From the NCBI GenBank assembly GCA_010093705.1, contig MU006092.1, positions 750,623 through 814,622 of the forward strand: a stretch of 64,000 bases of DNA, in the 5' to 3' direction. The DNA comes from Patellaria atrata CBS 101060. Lineage: Eukaryota. This document shows positions 42,399-54,591 of this stretch, piece after piece. The notes under the pieces were generated by a model that saw nothing but the letters and a program-made list of their open reading frames with translations, made no database searches and had not been told where the DNA came from. Position 1 is the stretch's first letter, and each line of letters begins with the position of its first letter. A program made the position numbers and the translations under genes.

Positions 42399-43861
42399 GG
42401 CTATAGATATAAATCCCTGGATAGGATAAGAGCGCGTTATGTAAGTATTCTTAGGCTTGAACAATGCTGATAGTTTAGTACTTAGAAGCTTGTTCTGTAC
42501 AAGATAGATACCGTTGTGCTAAAGTGATTTGAAATGCAGAGAATAGTGATGATGTACAATGCCAATGCGAAGAAAGAAGAATGTAGGATAGAGATAGAGA
42601 TAGAGATAGCTAGAAAGGGCGAATACTTATTATGGGGAAATAATAAAACCTGAAAACGTGGCTCCACGTGTAAGATTTCAGATCCCGCATGTAACCGCCA
42701 TCACTATTATCATTACCTGCTTCCATCCTCATCTTTGAAAACTAGTGATCTATCAGAGTCGCTATGGTTCAAGTACCAAGATATATCAACCTCCTACCTA
42801 ACCCGCTTAGCTTCCGTCCCTTGCTACATAGGTCCTCCCCGACTATGGCCCTATATAGGCAATTTGGGATTAGCACGCTCTAGTTAACTCGAGTGAGTGA
42901 TGCTGACGTCCAAGGATTACGGGAATTGAGAGCGGAGTTGTGAATATTACTTGTCTGGGAGTTTCCCGCCTTCAGGTTTGCGTAGTGGTTTTGGATTATG
43001 GGACCATCTTCCTTTTGTATTGAATTTTACTAGAGACCAGTCATAAGTACATATAAAGTGATACACTTTAATTCCGTTTTGGGAAGTGATAATACGTATT
43101 TCAAAATCAATGTGAGGTATCTATAGAAGGAAATTATAACTCTACTATAGGATATTAGAAGCCACGCATTAAGGGAGTCAGAGCTACGCCTGGAGAGAAG
43201 TGGGAAGTATTGTGAACAAAGGACGGAAATCCTGAATGAAGAGAGAAGTGAAAGGTTAGACGGTACGTTTTTTAGAATGAATGTACTCTTCTGAAATCAT
43301 GCCGATCATGCCGTGGTCGAAAATTCGTTAAAGCGAGGAATGAAGCCCCATTCAAAGGGCGGAGGGCCGTATCTAGCTATGGAAAGTACTGGAGCTCTTT
43401 TCTCTGATGCATTAGTGTAACAAATTTCATTTTGCAAGGTCTGATGCTCGACTCGATTATCAACACGGTGGTTAAGTTGCTGCTTGAGAAGTTGAGAGAC
43501 GCTCTTAAGGCAATCTGGACCACTTAAGCAATGTCGGTTTGGTTTGTTTTAGTATCTTAAATGGATAGCTGTGGACAAGAGTTGATTTAGAGAGAAATAT
43601 TTTTGGTGGTATGGTGGAATGTTGAAAGAAAGGTGTGATTAGAGTTGATCGTCTCATGTTCTAAGCCTAAACTGGACATTTTGATTACCCCTATTCCGCC
43701 GATGAGCCAACATCACAACATCTACTTTTGCCTATAATGAAACAACTTCTATCTTAGTTACCACTTATCTTAGCTCTCATACTTGACTATAACTTAGCTC
43801 TGTAAGTGTGAAACCAGAATATCCTGTAGGTTATCTATTGCATATTCCATATCCCCTATGT

Positions 43862-45260
43862 CTACTCCAGGAAATTTACATCGAGAACCTTGCAGAGCTG
43901 GTTGTAATACCGTTTGATATTTCTTTCAGGGAGCGTATCCAGCGTCCAAAGATCTAGCTCGAGAAACTGGAATGCGGAATTGAAAAAGTTTGAAGTTCGG
44001 CTCCCCGTCCAGTTCTCATCGATCATTTGTTCCTTCCTCGATGTCCTCTTCTTGGACAATTCCACTTTATTCTGAAAATTTCCGTCGATTTGTTTCCATT
44101 CAGCAATCTCAGATAACACCATCAGGAGAGACCATGTGTCGTAGTACCATCGGGACTCATTTTTCCGATATTTTGGGTGTTGGTATACGCTAGGAGATGG
44201 AGAGCGGCCCCAATCAAGAACGTACACATGTTTTAAATCAGGAACCTCGCTGTCAAACTGCCGCTCAAACACAAAGGATTCGGTACGTAGAGCCATATGG
44301 TTAAACCTATGGTGCACCTGCATAGATCTTACCTTATTAGCAACAAGGCTTGCGAGGTGGCGTCTAACCCGTGCAGATGGTATCTTCGTTTTCCTGATCA
44401 CATCGTGGAGATTCAGGAGTGGGCCTGGCCAATCGTAGGCGATAGCATGACGATCTTTTTCTTCGAGAATTCCTATGATTGGAAGTGTATAAACATCCTC
44501 CGGACGTAACCAATCGTTTTCCAATGCGACTTCGTCGTGGACGTACTCGAGGATATTTACTAGGTTGTCAGGGCGGGTAGATGGCCTCCATTCAAAAACT
44601 ACATCCACAATTCTTTCTGGCTCACCCAAACGGCAAGTACCCAAGCTGCGCTCTCCGGAATCCTCTGATGGGTCGTAGGTGACTTCCTTCTCGAGAAAGG
44701 GTATTGTGGGTACATTTGAGTCGCTATTATCGGATGCCCAGTAATCCATGGCTGCGATTACTTAGGTTGAGTCTCCCTATATTCTAGTCAACTTCCATAC
44801 CTCACTCAGCTTACGGTAGTAGTTCTTACCACCAAGTTGCGCGGTTGATGAAGGAGCTGATGCTCAAGCAAATAGGAAGGCGCAATGCCGGGAGAGGCGC
44901 AAATAGGGACGCAATGTGATAGTGTTGTAAAATACGATGCGAGAATGATGTATATGAACGTATTGTGAGAGTGTTGTATAGTCTGCGTTTGCATATTCCA
45001 AGTCCTTCCATAAATTACCGTTGAGAAACTTACATTAAGCGGAGTAAAGCAGGTATTCACTTTTCGAGGGAAAACGGTTTACCCCATGTCTCGAAGCAAG
45101 TTCAAACACTAATTAAACACGGATGCGAAGGTGGTGGCACGTGTGTAATCTATTAGTTAACTATTGTAACTTATGGGAGGAGTTATGTGTTTTGGCTATT
45201 CAGATACATAATCTGGCCACGGAAGCGGGCTGGCTAACTGACAATCTGGACAGTGGATCT
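43862..45260 (-). pseudogene. HeLo-like N-terminus plus kinase-like domain gene, copy A: 5' part disrupted, 295-aa kinase-like ORF (43862-44749) intact
   Basis: IPSARVRRHLASLVA..HMALRTESFVF..VYVLDWGR..VYQHPKY..DTWSLLMVLSEIAEWK resembles the kinase-like C-terminus of fungal HeLo-kinase proteins. Upstream DPLS..SVARLCI*IAK start, in-frame stops, and an intron at about 44777-44829. Confidence 0.65.
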
Positions 45261-47329
45261 TTGGTCTTACGATGCCGGTAGGAATGAGAGAACGTGATGT
45301 TTAGAAACGTTCCAAGCTGTGGAGGTATGTTGAGATCGCAACAAGCTGACTTGCCTTCCATAACCAGCAGAGAGTTCGACCTACTACTGCTTGAACATGC
45401 TAAGGCGCACAATGCTTCCTCGCACTAACGTACCGAAAGGATATGGACATTTACTGATACTATTAGTCGTGACAGTTACTCTAGGATCTATTGCAAGCGA
45501 GGAGCCACTGCTGCTTTTGAGACGACATATTGTCCTAGGAGTTGGATTCGCTACCCACAGTCGTAGCTGACGAGGAAATGGTATGGATAGAGAAGAGAAC
45601 TCAACGAGAAGACATTGAGTCCTCTCGCAACGATGCGTTTGTCCAGGGATGACTTCCATACTTCGACGTACTCGGTTGGACGACCCTGGACGAAAGACTT
45701 ACACCCCAGATAATCGGTTCGACGAGGGACGTCCGTTGTACTGTGTGGAGAAACACTTCCTGGATAGAGTGTCAACACCATTTCTAGAAGTGCTATCCTC
45801 TTAAGGTTCACGGTGAGGCGATGGAGCAATCATCGATTAACTCAAATCCACTGACGGAATGGGCTTGTCGTTGCACGATTGGATTCCCTTCAAGCAGTTT
45901 CTTGTTGAATCCAAAGGAAAGAACGCTATACTGGGCGACAACAAGTCGAACTCGTGTTCTCAAGACCCGGTAGAACGGCGAGAAGTTTGTCACTTAACAA
46001 ATCAATCCTTCCAGGACTTGCATACCATACTCACACCCTTGTACAGCACTTTTGTGACTGAAACGGATACGATTCAGTTTATAAGAAGATGGAGAATCCT
46101 ACTGTGCTCGGAGATTATTGAGGCAGGAGAATCGACAAATATCTACCGTTTGTATAGTAAGACAAGCGTACTTCCTCCGTCATCTTTTACAACTGGGTTA
46201 GAGATCATTGGATAGTGCGTGAACAGCACTACTTTGTAGACGAGGAACAACAGAAAAGCTGAAGGTTTTCTACAACCTTGCTCAAGTAAGTAATATCAAC
46301 AAACAGGGTCCGAACCAGAAGCGACTCAGTTACCTACCGATGATCGTAACTATGAAAGAGTCTTTGAAAGAATATCCTTTGCTGCCAGGAGCCAAAGGGA
46401 GTTATTTTGAAACGAAGGACACCTCTGCCTCATTCCAACCACCAACAGAAATGTATGGCTACGTCCCCTTTCCTAGGAGGCCGTAGGACTCAACCATGAG
46501 GGAGAGAGCGGTGTTACTCCCAAGGCAAACTATAACCGCGTGTTCACACCCACCAAGCAGCTTAGTGAACTGATGAGCAAGCCAACTAGGCAAGAACATA
46601 CTCACATATTCGACAATACTCTCAAAGAACCTAGAGAACCTGAGGCTCCAGAACCTCAACCAGACGTTAGGAAGGTCATACCCAAGAGACCTCATAGAAA
46701 CTTGACGAAGGGTAATGATCGCATCCAAAAATCATGGATATACTCACCACTCCCTAATGAAGACAAGTAGTGAGGCAAAATTGCGCTAAAAATAGGTTCA
46801 GTTGCGATCATCCATTATCGATATATCTCAACTGAACTCAGTCCATGAAATGCATTGAGACTGCGAAAACTTTTTTCGCTTCGTTACCAGAATTGTGTAC
46901 TGGGAACCGCGCTCACGGCATTTTGTACAAGGAAGAAGCGGAAGCAGCATTACGAATCAGCCCTATGACGAAGTCAGTAATGAATAGGGGGAACTGCTAC
47001 ACTAACCGCTCGGAATACGAGATCTGGAACTAGTGCATGCAACAAGTGTTTCAATCTTACAGTCCCTCATACTTATCATACCAATTCAATCGTCGTAGAG
47101 ATAGGTTATTGCATCGTTACTAAAGGTAAGGTTACAATCGAGATCAAAATAAGGTCTAATAGGGCCTAGAGAAAGCGGCCGGTTGACTCCAGGTTACTGA
47201 AGTGAAATGTTGCCTTGATGTTTAATGCGAATAGGAAGCGCATAGACAAAGGAAAAGTGCTGACTGTTGTTACACAACGTTCCAGCTAGCGAACTTGGGT
47301 GACAGACAATTGGTCTTCATAGCACCGTG

Positions 47330-48557
47330 GTGAATGTTTATCAGACCTTTGAAACGCTTCTGACTATAGCAGTGAAGTGTAATTGCTGGGACATATATTA
47401 TTTCCTACAACGTGTGTTGCTGTCCAGCTTGTAAGTATTTTAACAGTGGAACAGTTATCCGAGGAAATCCGTGAGGAAATACGGAGCGATATTCTCCGTA
47501 ACTCGAATCAATAAGCACTATATTCTATCAGCACGCTAGGTCCTGTCGTCAAATTCATATACTGACCAAAAACTTTGTGTCCTGAGGTATAAATACCCGA
47601 GAGGATTCATGCATGTGGTAACTAACTCTTTGGATAGGATTTGTTTACCCCCCTGCTCAACATCAAGTTACATCGGGTACGACATTCGAGCAGCATATCT
47701 AATTCAGACCTTCCACCATGTTGAAAATGGAGCATAACCAAGAGGACTCGGCACAACGCACCACGAGCATAGCTTGATGGGATAGACGACAACGCATGGT
47801 CCTGTCAGAATAGATACCCTCCCTACCCATGACAGAGAGTCTAGGGAAGTTTTGGTCTAAATTACGCGACATTTCTACCAATAGGAATGCGCTAAAGTCG
47901 GGAACCATTCGTACTCTGAATTTCAGAGGTATCGTTAGTGAAGGACAGCAGCACGCTATGGTCTACGATTGTCCGTGCCCGGTTATGAACCTTCGGGATG
48001 TGCTTCAAAAGATCCAGAAGCCCTCTACTGAAGATAGACGCATGCTTGCGATTATTATTACGAAACAGATCAGATCTCTCCATATGGATTTTCCAAATTA
48101 TCAGCATGATACATTGCGAACCGAAAGCTTCGTGTTTCTATTGAAAGGTATGAAGCCTAATTTCGCAACTCCCTACGTTCTCGACTAGGGTCGTACATCA
48201 TCTCCTAGCATCTACGAACACTCTACATATGATGCGGTCAAGCTTCGTTGGCTCTACAACCTCTGGTCTCTGCTGACCATTTTGACTGAAATCACGGAGT
48301 GGAAACTGACAAATAGGGATTCTAGGAATGAAAGGCATGGCGACACGGAATACTACTTGAGAAAGAAAAAGGCTAGAATGGAGGAGTTCATAGATCCCAA
48401 GTGGAAGGGGGATTTGACGGCAAAGGTGTTCTCGTTTGGCTTCAAGTTTCTAAATGAAGATAATGGAATGTTGGACCCACTCAGTCGGAGGGACAAAGAG
48501 CGATTCTTTGATTACTTTTGCGCGCTTCTCGAGGGAAAAGAATCAGGTGCGAGCTAG
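47330..48557 (+). pseudogene. HeLo-like/kinase-like gene, copy B, with in-frame stops
   Basis: KPSTEDRRMLA..IRSLH..HDTLRTESFVF..PYVLD*GRTSSPSIYEH..LWSLLTILTEITEWK aligns by eye with copy A. Stops TGA 47775, TAG 47811 and TAG 48186; probable frameshift near 47715. Confidence 0.75.
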
Positions 48558-49297
48558 TCACAGGAAGTGGATCTCAGTTTCATATTTGCAACGGATTAGA
48601 TGCGAGGGGTTGATATTTTGTGATACCATATTCTCTCTCCTTAGGACTTCAACTCTTAGCTTGTCATTTATAAATCATATCAATACTACATTTTTGCCAG
48701 CACACTATCTGTTCATCCCTTCACACACGTACCATTACACTCAACTTGGAGGCTACCAAAGGGTGGTATTGGAATCGAGTAACAAACTATGACAATTATG
48801 GAATTACTCATGGTCTCTAAAGAACTACATAGAATGATGGGAGCAAGTGCTCTCTATGAACATGAAGTCGGGACGGAAATACATTTTTCCTTGGAAGGTA
48901 TTCAAGGTAGACTACCTTTACGAGGTGTCGCCCGAGTTAGTATCAAGTACCTAACCGTGCTGACGTACTACTGGTGCTAGGAAATTTTAGAGCATAATAT
49001 AATGTAGAGTGGAGGGTATGATGACCATTTTCTAATTTAACGATCTCTAGGCTTCTTTAAGCTACCTTATAGGAAGTCAGAAATCATAACCAGCATTTTG
49101 ACGGGATTGGTCGATTTGTATCCGTGGTCTCCAATTAACGTATCCTGACGCAATGATTATCTAAGATACTTTGGTTCTCTATATATCTTCTACAGTTCCG
49201 ACGAAGCATTCGAATTACCGTCCCATTGATTGATCGTACCTTACCTACTGTACACCTCAGTACGTCTATAATAGGAGTGACATTTCCTTGACCTAAA

Positions 49298-50683
49298 ATG
49301 GATACTAAAGGGCCAAACAAGAATACCAGAAGCACCCCTCAATGGGCCGAATACCAAAGGGAAAACTTCTGGAAGAGTAATGAAGGCCAAGTTCCGATAT
49401 TCGATACCGGTTTGTTTGTACAGCTCACATACATGAAACGATGTTTTCGATTGACGTGAATAGACCCGGGAAGCCTTGAAGTCTTAGCGAAGAAAAAGCT
49501 CACTCAAAATGGGTGGTACTACGCTTCATCCAATGCAGGACAGTCGTACACCCATACTGCGAACCGTCAAGCCTTCTATAGACATCGCATCATACCTCGA
49601 ATGCTCGTTGACACGAATACTAGAGATACAGCCGCAGAGATCTTCGGACATAAGGTCTCTGCGCCAATTGGATTCGCCCCTATCGGTATCAACAGGATAT
49701 ACAATCCACTTGGAGAGCTTCCCGTCGCGAAAGTAGCCAAAGAGCTCAATCTTCCATACTGTTTCAGTACAGCTGGGTCACAGCCGATTGAGGATGTCGC
49801 TAAGGCTAACGGGGACGGCCCACGGTTCTTCCAGCTGTACATGCCGCACGACGATGAACTTACCATATCGCTACTCAAACGCGCGGTTGACGGCGGTTTC
49901 ACGGCGTGCATACTGACAGTGGACACATGGCAGCTCGGATGGCGTCACAACGACGTGAATACATCGAACTACGCGTTTTATCACGGCATCGGTGCGGATC
50001 TTGGACTCTCGGATCCCATCTTCCAGAAACGCTTAGTAGAGGCTGGCATAGATCCAAAAACGATGCCGAACGAGGCGGGAGCTAAATGGATTGATAATGT
50101 ATGGCACGGTAGAGCACATAGTTGGGAAAAAATTCCGTGGTTAATAAATACGTGGAAAGAACTGTCAGGGGGTAAACCGTTCTGTCTGAAAGGGATTCAA
50201 AGTGTGGACGACGCACGAAAAGCGGTCGAGATAGGCTGTGACGGGATAGTCGTGAGCAATCATGCTGGAAGACAAGTCGATGGTGCGATTGCGAGCTTAG
50301 ACGCCTTGGAAAACATAGTCGACGCCGTTAGAGATAAGATCTATGTCATGTTCGACTCTGGAGTACGCGGCGCGTCGGACGTTTTGAAAGCTCTAGCTCT
50401 TGGAGCGAAATTCGTTTTCGTTGGACGTCTGTGGATATGGGGTCTTTCCATCATGGGGGAGCATGGAGTTCGCCATGTGATGAAGTCCTTATTAGCAGAT
50501 TTCGACATCTTGCTCAATGTTGCGGGATTCCAGAATATAAGTCAGATTGACAGAAGTGCTTTAGGTAAGACCGCATTGTTTCCCTGCTGAACCCTTTCAA
50601 AGATTATTGTCTGAAGCTGACGAGATTCTTAAGAGTCTTATGAGAAGTCTTATCCGCTATTACAACAGGAATCATGTCTATAG
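49298..50683 (+). CDS. FMN-dependent alpha-hydroxy-acid oxidase/dehydrogenase (lactate monooxygenase-like)
   Basis: GWYYASSNAG, APIGFAPIG, FFQLY, LTVDT, LKGIQ, VSNHAGRQVDG, DSGVRGASDVLKALALGA..GR. Introns 49410-49463 and 50565-50633. Ends -SCL. Confidence 0.95.
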
Positions 50684-51688
50684 TCGGTTTGATACTGGAT
50701 ATTCGTTCTCCTGCTGGGGTTCTTCAAATCGAACATACTGAGTATAACGTTATGAAGGTTCTTCCTCTACGCTATCGCCGTATTCCGGTTGAAGGGAAGC
50801 ATATTTCGAAATACGGATCACACGATGTCTACCTGGTTGTAGTGCATTGTGAGGCTGAGGGATGGAGGACCTCGAAAATTTCCCTCCGCCTCCTAGCTAG
50901 AAAACATCAACACCGGGAGTGGCCGCGGGCCTCCATTATTGTGTAGGTACGTAGTATAGGTATTGTGGTTAATTCAGGCAGACTCCATAGGTAGAAGTAT
51001 CAAGCCTAAGATGTGGCACAGCCCATGCCGGTGAACGATGTGGTGAGCGTGAGGAGGGAACACGAAAGACTCGTATCTAGGATTCGAGGATTAAGCATCC
51101 AATAATTAAAGTATTGTTTGCATTGAAACGCGAAGAGTAATAGGTGAGAATGGTGAAGCGCCTATTCAGGATGCTGCGCGTAGGCAATCTAGGTATCTGG
51201 TGGCTGAATATGCTCTTGGATACGTTGGTGGGCATGGGGGTACTTTTTAGGGTGAGACCCCCGGGAGGTGCTCTCATTTTGCAGGCGCGAGTACCATAGA
51301 ACTAGAATTTGGGGAGGACTCGGTAATACACCCACCGTACCAGCTCCGTAAAACTACCAGGCGTCCATCATTAGATTCTCAACTCACAGAACACACACAC
51401 GACCTCTTAAAGCCTTTTTGTTCAACCTACCCTTCACACTGCTACCTTTTATTTTTCGCTCACTGTTTCCCTAAATTCTTCACTCCATCCCCTTTACCTC
51501 CCTTAATAATATCCGATAACCCTCCATATATCCTCAAACTTTACCTCATCTTCGCCTCCCTCCGACTGTCACCGTGCGCTACTGTCGGGTACCTCAACTG
51601 ACGTCTATGCTGAGGATCGTCGTTTTCACACAATCTTCGACAACCAACTTCGCACTCTGGTCCACCTCTGCACTAGGCATTAGATAAG

Positions 51689-53562
51689 ATGGGTCAGACT
51701 CTCTCAGAGCCAGTAGTAGAAAAAGTGAGTCTATTCCTTGCCTTTCCCTTCTCTACAATCTATCTTTGAACAACGCACCCCAATTCCCCTCGTCGAAAAC
51801 CCCGCCAACCGCGTCGAGATTTGCACACAAAATGTCACTGGTATCGCACACAACTTTGATTGCAATTTATTGACGTGTTCAATCCTACAGCACTCCGACG
51901 AAGGACAAGATGACCGTGCCATATATGGCGTTTCCTCTATGCAGGGCTGGCGCATTAGCATGGAAGATGCCCATGCCACAATCCTCGACCTAAAGCCCGA
52001 AGGTGTAGACACACCCACCGCGCTCGAGAAGAGAGTTAGCTTTTTCGGGGTGTATGATGGTCATGGTGGTGACAAAGTTGCAATATACACCGGTGAAAAT
52101 CTTCATCGGATAATCGCGAAGCAGGAAGCCTTCAAACAGGGCAACGTAGAACAAGCTTTGAAAGATGGCTTCCTAGCTACGGATCGTGCGATCCTCACTG
52201 GTATAATAGAAGCTTTACACGGATCATGGTTCATCCCCTGCTAACATGCCTTTTTCTAGATCCGAAATATGAGGAAGAGGTTTCAGGGTGTACCGCCTCC
52301 GTTGGAATCATAACGCATGATAAGATATACGTGGTACGTGACCTAGGGCACAAGCAAGTTTCGTATTTCTAATCTAATTAAGGGAAACGCTGGTGATTCA
52401 AGAAGCGTCCTTGGAATTAAGGGTAGAGCGAAGCCACTCTCTTTCGACCATAAGCCGCAAAATGAAGGTAAGTGGGATATGGAGTAGACCATTGGTCTAA
52501 ACTAAAATATTATAGGTGAAAAGGCAAGAATCCAGGCTGCAGGAGGATTCGTTGATTTTGGCCGTGTTAACGGCAACCTTGCTCTATCCCGGGCTATTGG
52601 AGACTTCGAATTCAAGAAGAGCGCCGAATTACCACCAGAACAACAAATCGTGACAGCTTTCCCTGATGTGACTGTACACGAAGTCACTGACGATGATGAA
52701 TTCTTGGTCATCGCCTGTGATGGTACGTCCGCTCATCTAGTTCACTTATACTGCCTGCTAACTCTGCACTCGTAGGTATTTGGGACTGCCAATCATCTCA
52801 GGCGGTTGTTGAGTTCGTAAGACGTGGCATTGCTGCAGGGCAAGAGCTGCATTCAATCTGCGAGAATATGATGGACAACTGTCTAGCATCAAGCAGCGAG
52901 ACTGGTGGTGTCGGCTGTGACAATATGACCATTATTATTATTGGCTTGTTGAAGGGAAAGACCAAAGATGAATGGTACAAGGAGATCGCTGACAGAGTTG
53001 CGAATGGCGACGGCCCTTGTGCTCCGCCCGAGTACGGCAAGTCTTAAACTCCATAGGATAGATACCCTTTGTATTCAAGAATAATTCCCTAACGTTTTTC
53101 TTTCCCTTTTTAGCCGAATTTCGGGGTCCAGGAATACATCACCGATATGACGACAGCCCAGAGGATTATGATATGGACATGGACCAACGTACTGGCAGAT
53201 CAGGCATGGGTGGAAGGATAATTCTTCTTGGTGATGGCACGGAGCTGTCTAGTGATTCAGCAGACAGCGAAATGTTCGATCAAGACGAGGAAGAGAAAGA
53301 CCTCGTCAGTCAAGTGAATAAGGGCGGCGAGAGCGGTCGCGATACCGAAAACAGGAGCCAGAGAGAAGGAACTCCCGGACCAGATGCCACTCCTGAAGGC
53401 TCCTCAAGCAAGACGGTAGAGTCTCCCAAGTCTACTGCAACCGAACGATCTGAGGACAACAGCGAATCCAAGTCTGCAACTGCAATGGACGAGGAGAAGA
53501 TCAAACCTGGGTCGGATAGCCGCCTACCAGAAAAGCTAACGGATGCTCAGAAAGCCAAATAG
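51689..53562 (+). CDS. PTC2: Protein phosphatase 2C, Ptc2/Ptc3 type
   Basis: [73 protein letters not shown]; acidic tail. Six introns. Confidence 0.95.
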
Positions 53563-54591
53563 TTCTCAGGTCAACCTATTCAACGCTCTGATGAGAAACG
53601 AGACCCTAGAAATGATATTATGGGTATATGAAACACAAAGACGCTAATGTATCTCCGACTCTCTCTTTATAGCATGTGCTTGAGCAAAGCTTATTCGGCT
53701 CATAACTTGATACCAGGCCTCAGATACGCCATTTCCCAACCTGTTTACAAACGATTCTTCCGCACACTGTGAGGATAGATTACGTCGACTCCGTTAGGTT
53801 CATTTGTTTGTTCGTATGGGATGCATGAGATGGCTACTACTGCTGTTCTTGGGAGTGCTTATTTGCGTTGACGCTTAATACTTCCATAGAGCTGAAATCT
53901 TCTGATATGCTTCTGCGGGTAACCCAATGGATATAGTGGTCTTCATGATAGTTGGAAAGCGAGAGCTACTCTATTTACCATAGGGGAAGTTTTGCTTTAC
54001 AGTTAGGTTGTCAGATTCAAGCATTCTCCTGGCATTTTACTCTTAGTGGCTGTGAGACCTTTAGTAGCCGTAATCCGTATAGTTACGCCTATTATCTTGC
54101 TAGGGAGACATCGATGACGATCATCAGCATGTGAAAAGTAAGCTAATACTCCGTAAACTTGTACGGAGCAGTTCTACTATGACGTTTCAAGAGGAGAAAA
54201 ATCACCCAACAAGTTTCGACCTTGCAGCAGCAAGAAAAATCCCATCTTACACTTATTATACTCGTAGGACTTCTCATAAACCGCATAACGACCACCTCGA
54301 CCCGATGGTTTGAGGGTTTCGCGTATTCCAAAATACCATCACTATTCTTGGCAACGTAATATTTTTCATTAAGTAGCGAGGTCAGAGCTTCCCGTTGACC
54401 ATCAATTTCTCGGCTGTAAATAATTTCAGGTCTATCGAAACATAAAACAACAGTATAGCTTCACGCCTTCCCTCAGTTTACAAGTTACCTCACCCACCTA
54501 CTACTCTTTTTCAGGATTCATGTAAGTGACGGTTTAACTTAAGAGGAGCATCAGTGTCCTAACAGTTGATGCCCTTAGACCGAAGGAGAAG

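Noticed and set aside
42700..43850. Possible transposon relic between the orphan genes and copy A
   Set aside because: No terminal repeats, target-site duplication, or transposase/RT motifs visible by eye.
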